From: a virus | Taxonomy: Duplodnaviria; Caudoviricetes | Strand: one strand, 5' to 3' | DNA: 44,978 nucleotides | Virus record (IMG/VR): IMGVR_UViG_3300017658_000128 | Span: 1-44,978 of that record | Part shown: one piece after another, positions 1 to 9,393 of the stretch | Layout of the letters: the number at the start of each line of letters is the position of its first letter | Position numbering within the stretch: the first letter of the stretch is position 1 | The notes under the pieces: generated by a model | The model's input: the letters and a program-made list of their open reading frames with translations, nothing else | Databases searched by the model: none | What the model was told of the DNA's origin: nothing | Made by a program: the position numbers and the translations under genes

Positions 1-126
1 CTGATGACTATGCAAACGGCGACATTTTCACTCCATCCGGGATGAATCCGTATACTTGCCCCTCACGGAGCTTCCGCTTTAGCCTTCGGGCGACCTTCTT
101 CTTGGAGTTGATCAATCTTGTTTCCT

Positions 127-936
127 ATGCAGCCTCAGATAATCGGGTTCGGAGCCCACAAAGCTGGTACTACTTGGCTCCACGACAACTTGGTCACCAA
201 TCCTGGAGTGTGGCCACCGCCTCTCAAGGAAATGCACTACTTCAGCCATCGTATGACGGGAAATCGCTGGATGATGCGAGGCCATCGCGAGCGACTCAGA
301 GGCCGACGGGACCTTGCCTTGTCGAACGGCATGACAGGCAAAGCCGCATACTTAGGGCGCCTCCTGAAGATTCCCATGCTATCCGAAGAGTGGTATCGGG
401 CCGTCTACAATCGGTGCCCCGCAGACAGGCAGTCTCTCGACATAACGCCCGCCTATGCTTTGCTGGACGAGGACACGCTGCGCTATATGAATTGCCTGCT
501 CGGCGACCAGTTCAAGGCGATCTATCTTATACGCGATCCGGCCAGTCGTATCATTTCGGCCGTAAAGTCCTACGCCGCAGCTGCAGGCAGAAAGGGTAAA
601 ACCATCGAGTTCTGGCTGGAACATGTCACGCAACCGGCTCATCGGTTGCGAAGCGATTATCAGCGAACCGTGAATTTGCTCGATGAACAACTCGGCGATC
701 GGGTGCTCTATCTCCCATTCGGGAGGTTAAGAACCGATCCAGTTAACGTACTCCGCGAAGTCGAAGCACATTGCTGCTTGCCGGAAGGCGACTATCAGCA
801 ACCCGAAAAGCCGAAGCACGTCTCTCCACTAGTCGTCTTACCAGAAGGGTTGTATGACGCCGTGCAGATCCTTCTGCGAAAACAATATGACTGGCTCGAA
901 CAGAGGTTCGACCGGAGCTTCCTCCTATCAGTATGA
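127..936 (+). CDS. Sulfotransferase family protein
   Basis: 5'-PSB loop GAHKAGTTWL, then KEMHYF, DITPAY and 3'-PB motif RDPASRIIS. ATG at 127 preferred. Confidence 0.85.
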   Translation: MQPQIIGFGAHKAGTTWLHDNLVTNPGVWPPPLKEMHYFSHRMTGNRWMMRGHRERLRGRRDLALSNGMTGKAAYLGRLLKIPMLSEEWYRAVYNRCPADRQSLDITPAYALLDEDTLRYMNCLLGDQFKAIYLIRDPASRIISAVKSYAAAAGRKGKTIEFWLEHVTQPAHRLRSDYQRTVNLLDEQLGDRVLYLPFGRLRTDPVNVLREVEAHCCLPEGDYQQPEKPKHVSPLVVLPEGLYDAVQILLRKQYDWLEQRFDRSFLLSV

Positions 937-1189
937 CGACTAGAGGAGTCCCAAAGGTGGGCGATGCTGAACACCTGCCCGCCACCGCAGACCAGCAAAT
1001 GCTGAGCGAGCTGCCCAGCATGTTTTCCGTGCGGGGCATCTCGCACCGGATCAGTAGCACTGCGCGAACATCCGTCGAAGCCACGTCGATGGCCATGAAC
1101 CCAGAGCTCTGGATCGGGTCCAAGGCATCAGTCGTTGCGCGGCTTGCAAGCAGACGCGAGTCTGATCGCAAGCCACCGCTGCCCAGATA

Positions 1190-2641
1190 TCAGGCGTTTG
1201 CCACTTCTGGCGTGGCGGGCACTTCGGCCGTGCGCGTCACCTTCCAAGGCCAACCGTAGTAAACATCCGGGGTCGGCCAAGTGGGTCCATAGCGCTCAGT
1301 CAAAAATCCAGCCGCATCGCCCGGTGCCGGAAAAGTTCGACCGTGGATCTGGGCCGAGCCGGAGGGCAAAACAAGCTCCGCCGCGATATCGCGATACCGC
1401 ATCTGCTCCATCAGCAAATGCAGCCGTTCGCCCACGCGCCACGATGGGAACAAATCAAGCGAAGCTCCCTCGACAAACACGTGGAAATTCTTACCGAGTG
1501 TCTCTCCCCCGCACTTCACTCCCGCTGCGTTAAGCTTTTCGATGAGTACCTGTTGGCCGGCAATGACTTCGTCATGCGTGGTCGATCCGTCGAAGTAAAG
1601 CAAATCCACATCGTCATCATGGGCCAAGAATCCACCTTCGCGAACTGCCCCGAGCAGAGTGCCGTAGCTGAGAACCAAGGGGATACCAAGCTGTTCAAAG
1701 ACGCCAAACAGCTTGTCCATCGCGTTCAAATGCACCTCACGCCGTTCGATTAGCCGAGCATAATGCATATGATGCTTGGACAACGTAACCTCGCGGGGCG
1801 TTCCACTTACGCGCGATGCGATCCGGCTCGCCCGTAAACGGACACGGTCGATCACCTGATCAGAATGCAAAAGCTGGGATGCAAATCGTATACTGCGCGT
1901 GCCAGCATAATTTTTTGCTTTCATCGCAGCCAAAATCATTGCGGCGCAGATTGCCTCTTCATAATCATCTGGATCCCGCACCTCTCCGAACATGGGAAGC
2001 AGCGCAAACATTTCTTCAACATTCAGGCTCAGCTTGCCTGATTCGGCTGCCTCGAAAATGGAAGCGCGCATGGCATTGCGAGTTGCCTCCAGATCGAACG
2101 TCTCCTCCTGCGGAAGTGTAAACGCAATCGCATCCGCGATCTGGCGGAATGCCTCCAGTCGACGCGAAGGATCCATGTTGTCATAACTGACGCAGCAGAC
2201 CCCCTTTGAGAATGCTCGAAGGGTGATGAATTGCGAACGCTTGTGACAAACCCCCTCCCGGTTAGGGACAGTTATCTTGCTGACGAACACTGGTCGTTTT
2301 AGCCGAACGATGACGGCGGGACAGATCTCGCGACCGCTGTGAAGCATCTTGCCGGTGATAGCGAATTCCAACAGGTTCTCTGGCTCATGACCCTGACGGT
2401 GGCTCGAGAGCGTAATATCGGCGTAGATATCGCGACGAGGAATTTCATTTCCGTCTGCATCATGGAAGATCGGAGCAAAGAAGTTCACGAACTCAGGTGT
2501 GGGCGCGGAGACAGCCAAAACAATACGATCGATTTCCATTCCGACCTCAATCGAAAGATTGGGTCGCGTATCTTTTCCAAAGGCTCCAAAGCCCGGCAAC
2601 ATTTGGGCGGCAAGAAGATGCAGCTGGAGTAAGTTCGTCAT
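1190..2641 (-). CDS. LicD-family phosphotransferase with N-terminal discoidin/F-type-lectin-like domain
   Basis: C-terminal LicD signature YGTLLGAVREGGFLAHDDDVDL, plus LDLF and FLTERYGPTW. N-terminal H-x26-R-x-G-x4-R pattern. Confidence 0.85.
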   Translation of the reverse strand: MTNLLQLHLLAAQMLPGFGAFGKDTRPNLSIEVGMEIDRIVLAVSAPTPEFVNFFAPIFHDADGNEIPRRDIYADITLSSHRQGHEPENLLEFAITGKMLHSGREICPAVIVRLKRPVFVSKITVPNREGVCHKRSQFITLRAFSKGVCCVSYDNMDPSRRLEAFRQIADAIAFTLPQEETFDLEATRNAMRASIFEAAESGKLSLNVEEMFALLPMFGEVRDPDDYEEAICAAMILAAMKAKNYAGTRSIRFASQLLHSDQVIDRVRLRASRIASRVSGTPREVTLSKHHMHYARLIERREVHLNAMDKLFGVFEQLGIPLVLSYGTLLGAVREGGFLAHDDDVDLLYFDGSTTHDEVIAGQQVLIEKLNAAGVKCGGETLGKNFHVFVEGASLDLFPSWRVGERLHLLMEQMRYRDIAAELVLPSGSAQIHGRTFPAPGDAAGFLTERYGPTWPTPDVYYGWPWKVTRTAEVPATPEVANA

Positions 2642-2663
2642 TTGAATGCCCTAATAGATATCG

Positions 2664-3122
2664 TCAGTGCAACTGCATCACGAGCGAGTTCAGCGCATCG
2701 AGCCCGTTCTTCAATTCGACGATCTTTTCCTTTTGAAACGCCTTGATTGCAGCCTTCAGCTCAGTAGTGGAAATGCCGTCGGTGCGCGGCAGGTACATGA
2801 CCTCACACAGGGCATTCAGCTCATCGAACTTGCCCTCCCAGTCGTGCCCCATCACAAAGACATCCGCGCGGTGTTCACGGATATCACGCTCCTTCTGCCC
2901 CCAGTTATGCTCTGGGAAGACAGCATCGACACAGCGCAGGGTCTTCAGGATCCGTGCACGGTGCTCATAAGGAAAGACACTTTGCTTGCCCTTGATCGCA
3001 TTGAACTCGTCGGATGAGACGCCGACGACCAACCGGTCGCCAAGCGCACGCGCCCGCTCCAAGATCTGGACATGTCCAATATGGAATAGGTCAAAAGTGC
3101 CATAGGTAATAACAGTTTTCAT
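2664..3122 (-). CDS. tagD: Glycerol-3-phosphate cytidylyltransferase (TagD-like)
   Basis: MKTVITYGTFDLFHIGH (HxGH motif), VGVSSDEFN, MGHDWEGKFD and RTDGISTT are family hallmarks. Confidence 0.9.
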   Translation of the reverse strand: MKTVITYGTFDLFHIGHVQILERARALGDRLVVGVSSDEFNAIKGKQSVFPYEHRARILKTLRCVDAVFPEHNWGQKERDIREHRADVFVMGHDWEGKFDELNALCEVMYLPRTDGISTTELKAAIKAFQKEKIVELKNGLDALNSLVMQLH

Positions 3123-3926
3123 AGTCCTCACGCTCCCGTCCACAGGCACGGGTGCGAAGAGGCGAGGTGCATTGCCCCCTTACACCGCAATGCCTTTGCG
3201 ACACTGTCGCAGTATTACCATCTGCCGCTCTGTCGCAGTTTAGTCATATACCCGTTACAATCATTGATTGCGAAGGGGAAGCCCAAAGATCCCGCTTGGC
3301 GCGCAGTTCGCTCACCAAATAGGCAGAGCAAGAACCGTCATGGGGACGCGCCGGGACCAAAGGCAGCAGTGCTGAAAGTCTCGACAATCTGACGCTCTTC
3401 TTGGTAGAGATGGGGCGAGCGAGCCCCTGCCTACTGCGTAGGATCAGCCCATACGTAGACCAGCAGTTTTCCGATGAAATCGGCACGCATCCTCAGTGCG
3501 GCCATCGGATTTGACGGTAACCCCGAGCACACCCAACGAGTCCGGTGCGGTCCGCATGCCGCCTGTCCTGCGGAGCCCATGCCGATGTGCCCGAATGCTT
3601 CCAAGGCCGACTCATCGCTAACCAGCCTTCGTCTCCCAGCGTGTCCCCTCCAATGGGCAGTCCAAGTTCTAGAACGATGATCACCGCAGCTTTGCAGCCG
3701 CAGGTGCGCGCTTGGATTTCTGATCGGCGAACGCCTTGATTGTGTAACAGTCCTGTGACATTCGGATGAAGAGAGTACCAGGACAGGGGATTCGAAGGAT
3801 GCCGACCACTGACTACGGGATGATCAGCCTCTCGAATGGTACCCCCATTTTTCCACGTTTTCTGAGGGCAGCGCCATTCGCCCACCTTGCAGACCTTGAG
3901 CTTGATCCGATCGCATGGTGCGACGC

Positions 3927-4916
3927 ATGAGCATAGCAGTCATCGGGGCGGGTGCCTTCGGGACAGCGCTCGCTCTAACGCTGGCGACCAAGACTTCTGT
4001 AACTCTTTGGGGACGAAACACTGGCTGGGCGGCGACACGAGAAAACCCGCGATTGCCAAATGTTCCCCTACCCGACGACCTCCATGTCACCGACGATCTG
4101 GACCAAGTCGAAGCGGAGACGATTCTTCTTTCTTTGCCAGCACAAACTCTCGCGAAATTTCTGGCTCAAAACTCCGCTCGATTGAACGGCCGGAACATAG
4201 TTAGCTGCGCCAAGGGAATTGACTTGTCGACCCTGACGGGAATGTCTTCCCTGATCAGTGATGCCTGTCCGGAATCCACTGTAGCGGTTCTGACGGGACC
4301 GAGCTTCGCAGCTGACATTGCTCGCGGATTGCCGACGGCAATGACGTTGGCCTGCGCGGATTCTGAGATGGCGGAGGAATTGCAAGGCCAGCTTTCGACG
4401 GGGACACTGCGGCTTTATCGCACCACGGACGTGATTGGTGCGGAGTTAGGCGGCGCACTGAAAAACGTGATCGCGATTGCCGCGGGAGCAGCGATCGGCG
4501 CCGGATACGGCGACAGTGCTCGGGCCAGCGTAATCACTCGCGGCTTTGCTGAAATGGTGCGGCTTGCTTCAGCCTTGGGGGCTTGGCCCGAGACGCTGAC
4601 AGGGCTCTCGGGGATGGGAGACCTTATGCTCACCTGCACTTCGAACCAATCGAGAAATTTCCGCTATGGGTTGGCACTTGGAGCGGGGGAAGGCTTCGAT
4701 AATAGAGCTACGGTCGAGGGCGCGGCGACTGGGCGGGCGGTGGCAGTATTGGCCCCAAAGCTCGGGATTGAACTTCCAGTTTCGGGGCTGGTCGCGGGTC
4801 TGACCGAGGGGCGGATCTTCATGGATCAGGCTCTCGATATTCTGCTGAACCGTCCTCTCAAGGAGGAATGGGTAGCCCAGCCAGCGCAAGCCAACATGAT
4901 AGCTGCCCTCGCCTGA
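3927..4916 (+). CDS. gpsA: NAD(P)H-dependent glycerol-3-phosphate dehydrogenase
   Basis: [10 protein letters not shown] Rossmann motif, [28 protein letters not shown] and SRNFRYG. Confidence 0.95.
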   Translation: MSIAVIGAGAFGTALALTLATKTSVTLWGRNTGWAATRENPRLPNVPLPDDLHVTDDLDQVEAETILLSLPAQTLAKFLAQNSARLNGRNIVSCAKGIDLSTLTGMSSLISDACPESTVAVLTGPSFAADIARGLPTAMTLACADSEMAEELQGQLSTGTLRLYRTTDVIGAELGGALKNVIAIAAGAAIGAGYGDSARASVITRGFAEMVRLASALGAWPETLTGLSGMGDLMLTCTSNQSRNFRYGLALGAGEGFDNRATVEGAATGRAVAVLAPKLGIELPVSGLVAGLTEGRIFMDQALDILLNRPLKEEWVAQPAQANMIAALA

Positions 4917-4994
4917 TAGGCGAGAGTGCTGGCAATGAGACGAGATCCTAACATCACAGTAGCTAGTTCGATGTACTTCGCAGGAGAACGGAAT

Positions 4995-5243
4995 ATGAAA
5001 TACCACGTCGCAACGAATATCGGTCATATCATTGGGGAGGCCGAGACCCAGGAAGAAGCGATTGCTGTTTGCCGCAGGGACGGCTTCGCTCCAACGGAGC
5101 ATGTCGACTTCCTTTCTCCTGACCTAGCTGCCGACGAACTGCGCTATGAGCCTGACGGCCGAGGTGCATTTATTGTACTCTGTGACGATACAGGGCGCGA
5201 GCTTTCGCGGGACCCTAACCCGATGAAAGTCCCCCCTTATTAA
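4995..5243 (+). CDS. Hypothetical 82-aa protein
   Basis: AGGAG RBS before ATG 4995; plausible composition. Confidence 0.6.
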   Translation: MKYHVATNIGHIIGEAETQEEAIAVCRRDGFAPTEHVDFLSPDLAADELRYEPDGRGAFIVLCDDTGRELSRDPNPMKVPPY

Positions 5244-5303
5244 CATGGCCTAGAAAGCCATATCCCGTGTCGATGAATTCAGGTAGGAACGGTCCGAAAG
5301 CCC

Positions 5304-5690
5304 TCAGAGGTGCGCTTTCAGCCGCTCACCGATCATCTTCCCGGCCTCGAAGGCCGACTTGCCGTCCTCGACGACCTCTATGAGCTGGTTTTCCCGCGCT
5401 GGATTCAGCGTGTAGGGACGCGGGATGCCGGCCGTGCCGGAACGTTGCCACATCACGACGAAGGTGTAGAGCGGAGCGATACCTTGCACCCACCGCGTGA
5501 TGTCATCGGGCGTCCAGCCGAAAATCGGCCCGAAGATCAGCGCGAGGGCGGCCGCAATGGGGCCGGCCTGATCTCCCTGCATCTGGTAGATTGCGAACTC
5601 CAGCAGGGAGAGCGCCGCGGGGACACCGCCCAGCCAGAACGACTTGGTCTTGCCGATGAAGATCGGCACGATGGTCTTGATCGACTCCAT
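5304..5690 (-). CDS. Holin-like membrane protein
   Basis: Lies directly after the endolysin; several hydrophobic segments and a charged C-terminus. Confidence 0.55.
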   Translation of the reverse strand: MESIKTIVPIFIGKTKSFWLGGVPAALSLLEFAIYQMQGDQAGPIAAALALIFGPIFGWTPDDITRWVQGIAPLYTFVVMWQRSGTAGIPRPYTLNPARENQLIEVVEDGKSAFEAGKMIGERLKAHL

Positions 5691-5795
5691 GGTCGAATTC
5701 CTCTCTCGATTTCAGAAGGATTGCGCGCGCCCGCTGTCGCGCCTGGTCGTCATCGACGGCATGCGGAAGAACCGGCGAGAGCACGGGCGGCAGGG

Positions 5796-6614
5796 TCAGG
5801 TGAGCAGCGCGGCCCATGTCTTGGGACCGATGATCCCGTCGGCGACCAGGCCGCGGGATTTCTGGAAGTCGATGACGGCCGCCCGCGTCGCCGCGCCGAA
5901 GACCCCGTCGACACCTTTGGGATCGAAGCCGAGGGCGAGCAGACGCTCCTGTGCCTCGCGTACAGCCAAGCTGCGACTGCCAAGGCAGATCTTGGGTTGA
6001 GCTGGCGCCAAGGTGTCCGGAATAGCCTGCCAGCGCTTGTAGGCGGCCGCCAGACGCGTGTGGTAGCCGTGCTGGGCGTATCCCGCACCATTGTAGCCGC
6101 GCGCGAAGCCCGACCAGTCATGCCGACGCAGATCATCATCCAGTCCCTCAGACGAGATGAAGCTGATCATCGCCTCGAGGCCCGCGACCTCCCGGTCGCA
6201 GAAGGCTTCGACCATATCGCCGGCACTGGCAAAGCCCGCGGCGCGGTGGTTGAAGCCCATGATCTGACCAAGGCCCCAGCTCGCCGAACGCAGGGCCGCA
6301 GCGGCGTCGATCCTGATGGCCGTCGCCAGGCGCGAATAACTGTCGGCCGGATAAGGCTTGGTGCCCCATTTCGGATAGGCCAGCCCTTGCGCCTCGGCCG
6401 TCGTGCGCTTGGGCCCCTGCCCCAGCTCACGCCAGAAGACATGCGGCTCGAAGAGCATCTTCGGGCGGCCTTGGCTGTCGAAGCCACCGCCCGAGGTCTC
6501 GACCTCGATGACGCCGCGAATCTCATCCTCTCCCGTGCCAATCAGAAGCGCGGTACGCGCTATGTCGATATCGGTGAGCCGCTGCGCGCGGCCCTTGAAC
6601 CCGGCTGGGTACAT
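5796..6614 (-). CDS. Endolysin: N-acetylmuramidase (DUF3380) plus C-terminal peptidoglycan-binding domain
   Basis: VIEVETSGGGF, LFEPHVF, SASWGLGQIMGFN, FARGYNG; C-terminal DGVFGAATRAAVIDFQ...GLVADGIIGPKTW. Confidence 0.92.
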   Translation of the reverse strand: MYPAGFKGRAQRLTDIDIARTALLIGTGEDEIRGVIEVETSGGGFDSQGRPKMLFEPHVFWRELGQGPKRTTAEAQGLAYPKWGTKPYPADSYSRLATAIRIDAAAALRSASWGLGQIMGFNHRAAGFASAGDMVEAFCDREVAGLEAMISFISSEGLDDDLRRHDWSGFARGYNGAGYAQHGYHTRLAAAYKRWQAIPDTLAPAQPKICLGSRSLAVREAQERLLALGFDPKGVDGVFGAATRAAVIDFQKSRGLVADGIIGPKTWAALLT

Positions 6615-6626
6615 GTTGGTCTCCGG

Positions 6627-6656
6627 AAATAAAAAACCCCGCGCGGAGGCGGGGCC
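6627..6656 (-). terminator. Intrinsic terminator immediately upstream of the endolysin gene
   Basis: Minus strand reads GCCCCGC-CTCCGC-GCGGGGT-TTTTTATTT. Confidence 0.75.
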
Positions 6657-6779
6657 TGTGCTAGAATGATGTCGGGCCGCTTCAGGTGGATTGCGCCCGA
6701 GCGCTCCCCCGGCTCCTCAACGGTAGCACCGTGTAAAGGGGGGCCGGTTAGCGCCTAGCGAAGCAGGCATCCGGGCGCG

Positions 6780-7376
6780 TCACCGTGCCGGCAGCAGCGC
6801 ATAGGTCATCACGTCCGTCCGGTCGAAGACCTGCCGCCCGTCGCAGTCGTATTCCAGAGCGATGTAAAGCTCAATGCGGCCCGGCCGCAGCGTATCAGGC
6901 GGGATCAGCGGAATCCGCAGACGGGTTTGCTCTTCTCCGACCTGCCGTGAAGGCGAGACCGCCGAGCCGGGGGTGATGACGCCGCCCGCCTCGGCGAAAA
7001 GCGACTGACCGCCGACGAAGACGCACCTCGTGCCCAAGGCGGTTCTTTCGATGACAAGGTTCAGGACCACGCGGTCACCGATCCGCACCGGCTCGGTCAC
7101 ATAGCTCAAGCCCGGAGGCTGCCGGATCACCCGGTTATCGCCCGTGGCCGCTGACAATTCGGCGCGCAAGGCGCCGATATCCCTCTGCATCGCCAGAAGC
7201 ATATCGGGCGCGCGCCACACCGCGCGAGCGTTGCTCCAGAACGGCGTGAAGACAGCCAGCGCAATGGCCCCGATGCCCCAGAACAGCATGCCGACGATCC
7301 AGATCCACAAGCGGTCAAGGAAGAATTTTCGCGTGGGCAGCCAGCGCGGCCCCTCGCTTTCGATAGTCTGGGTCAA
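6780..7376 (-). CDS. Hypothetical membrane-anchored phage protein upstream of the lysin
   Basis: CAGGAGG RBS and TTG start; N-terminal TM helix (LWIWIVGMLFWGIGAIALAVF), short coiled coil, beta-rich C-terminus. Confidence 0.65.
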   Translation of the reverse strand: MTQTIESEGPRWLPTRKFFLDRLWIWIVGMLFWGIGAIALAVFTPFWSNARAVWRAPDMLLAMQRDIGALRAELSAATGDNRVIRQPPGLSYVTEPVRIGDRVVLNLVIERTALGTRCVFVGGQSLFAEAGGVITPGSAVSPSRQVGEEQTRLRIPLIPPDTLRPGRIELYIALEYDCDGRQVFDRTDVMTYALLPAR

Positions 7377-7403
7377 TACGACCTCCTGTCGGTTTGTGGA
7401 AAA

Positions 7404-7982
7404 ATGACATCTCCGCTGCCGGGAACATCCTGCCAGTCCCCGGGTTTGCGGGATTGTCACTGGTCAGCTCCGGGTTCCCGACTCACATTCTGGCCGGTGG
7501 AGTCAGGCGGTTATGGTGACCGCTTGAGGAAGGGCGGACGTCCGCACACGTCCGCCCAACTATCTAACCTCATTGATTATTATGAAAATCTGGCTGATTT
7601 GATCGGGAAGTCATCGACCCACAGCGAGATCGTCACCGTGTTCGCCCAATATTTCCCATCCGCAGAAGATCATCCCGCAGCGGCGGCTGAACCGTGGTGG
7701 CAGCAATGTGAAGCCGCGGTCGCCGGTGCTGGGGATGTTTTGGAGCTTGCAGAGATAGGCATGGCAACAGCCGATGAAATCACGTCGGCTGCCTTTTCTG
7801 CGCGTCTCGCTCTGATGACGGCAACGAGGGTATTGGAAAAAACCGACGCCGCACTGGCAATCGGCACGGGTGACGAAGTCGTGCTTATCGCTCGATCTGC
7901 CGCCGCCTATGCGGTGATAGAGGCGACGGCGGTGGCGATGGAGACTGTCGAGGGTTTACCCGACCTTCAGGACCTCGCCTAA
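7404..7982 (+). CDS. Hypothetical helical protein (start uncertain, probably about 7600)
   Basis: Ala/Glu-rich, protein-like C-terminal part; the 5' part overlaps a hairpin-rich region. Confidence 0.4.
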   Translation: MTSPLPGTSCQSPGLRDCHWSAPGSRLTFWPVESGGYGDRLRKGGRPHTSAQLSNLIDYYENLADLIGKSSTHSEIVTVFAQYFPSAEDHPAAAAEPWWQQCEAAVAGAGDVLELAEIGMATADEITSAAFSARLALMTATRVLEKTDAALAIGTGDEVVLIARSAAAYAVIEATAVAMETVEGLPDLQDLA

Positions 7983-8077
7983 GAGGGTCTCCCCCTAGAC
8001 GAGCTGTGCCCTATCTTTCGAAAGAGCCACGGTCGGCGGATCGAAACGATCTAGCCGACCGGAGCCGAACAGACCTT

Positions 8078-8899
8078 TTAGTCCCGGAAATGCTCCGGAA
8101 AGGCGCGTTCTAAGGCGTCACAGCAGGCGGAAACCTTCGAAAAGTGGTTTGTAGGTAGAGCCGCGACGTCGATGTCGTCGAGGCTTTCTAGACGATCGAC
8201 AAGTGTAGGTTCATAGGGCGACCGACCTAGCCCTTCGGTATAGTCACCAAACTTCCATTTACCACCACGGTGCAGGTTGCCTGCATCAAGCATGATGCTG
8301 GGTATGGCCCAAGCATCGGCAAAGACAAGGCCATGCAAGCTTGCCGAAGCGATGGCCTCACAGCTGGCGAGTTTCGTGAAGGTGCTGTCGATGTCGGGAT
8401 CGGTGACATCAATAAGGATGGAGTTTGGAGTGGCATCGAGAAGTCGGTCGACCCATGGCTTCCCGAGTTGCGTATGATGCGGAATGATACCCCAAGAGTA
8501 TTGGGGCTTTGCGCCGGACGATCCCCAAATCCGGGCAGCCAACAGTCCCGGGTCGCCCATTGTAACGTCCGCGTTTGCCCCCACAGTTTGACCTGTTCTG
8601 GGTCCTCTCACGGCGGCGATACGGAGGTCATCTTTCCAGGTGACCTTTAGATTACCAAGCGTACCTGAACCCCAGACGTGCAAAGGCTTCTCGCGCTTTG
8701 GCGCGGCATTTTCCATCACCTTTAGGTCCACTATACTCCCTATCGCCACGAGATCGCAGCGTCGCGGGCCGGCATGCACGACGCCTCGCCCCGAGACATA
8801 TTCGACAACCTTCGGACTGATGGCGTCGCCAATGTTGGAGGAACCCGGTTGATCCCACCAAAACAGTTCGATGGCGTTCGGTTTTTGCGCTTGAGGCAT
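8078..8899 (-). CDS. Polysaccharide pyruvyltransferase (ExoV-like)
   Basis: NIGD, AIGSI, VWGSG, AVRGPRT, GDPGLL, GIIPHH and SASLHGLVFADAWAIP motifs. Confidence 0.88.
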   Translation of the reverse strand: MPQAQKPNAIELFWWDQPGSSNIGDAISPKVVEYVSGRGVVHAGPRRCDLVAIGSIVDLKVMENAAPKREKPLHVWGSGTLGNLKVTWKDDLRIAAVRGPRTGQTVGANADVTMGDPGLLAARIWGSSGAKPQYSWGIIPHHTQLGKPWVDRLLDATPNSILIDVTDPDIDSTFTKLASCEAIASASLHGLVFADAWAIPSIMLDAGNLHRGGKWKFGDYTEGLGRSPYEPTLVDRLESLDDIDVAALPTNHFSKVSACCDALERAFPEHFRD

Positions 8900-8927
8900 A
8901 CGGATCGATTCCTTGGTCACTGTTGCG

Positions 8928-9198
8928 TCAGTTTGCAGGTAGTCGATACGGTCGAAACTGGCCCGGCGCAATCCCGGCATGGTTGAGAGTGGCTAGGATG
9001 TCCTCCCATGGCCCCGCCGACGCCCAACGGCGGAGCAGATGGCAGACGAACGACCAAATGCCGAACTTCTGGGTGAAATTGCGCCACGGCGCGCCAGTTG
9101 GCACGACCCAGAAAATCACTCCATTCCGGCGGCGGACAGTACGAATGAGATCCTCGAAGGAGGACTGCCCATCGCCCCGACATCAGGTTGCGTGCCAA
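8928..9198 (-). pseudogene. IS5-family transposase remnant (DUF4096 N-terminus)
   Basis: MARNLMS... start, then out of frame IFWVVPTGAPWRNFTQKFGIWSFVCHLLRRWASAGPWEDIL, resembling the GxxWRDLPxxFGxWxxVxxxFRRW motif. Frameshifted and truncated. Confidence 0.75.
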
Positions 9199-9393
9199 GC
9201 TCGTCTCCCCCGTAGAGATGAGCCTGACTGAATCACAAATCCGCAGGCCAGCTGAACGCGTTCACTGTCAAAGCCACCACGAACTGTTGCAGGTTGGACC
9301 TTTCCTGGTGATGGACGATCCTATAGACAGCTGAACGTCACCATCGAAATTCTACTGATTTCCCACAAAACACGATAGCCCAAGAGTTAGTTT

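Noticed and set aside
3781-3797. GGACAGGGGATTCGAAG resembles the tRNA T-arm and could be attL
   Set aside because: Only GGATTCGAA matches exactly and the flanks differ from the tRNA-Pro 3' end. At most an old relic.
3244-3885. Short ORFs between tagD and gpsA
   Set aside because: No recognisable motifs and several stops; possibly decayed DNA, but not assignable.
4986-5000. GAAC-N7-GAAA as a possible LexA box
   Set aside because: Imperfect single match overlapping an RBS and start codon; chance level.
5310-6632. 440-aa plus-strand ORF
   Set aside because: Antisense shadow of the lysis genes.
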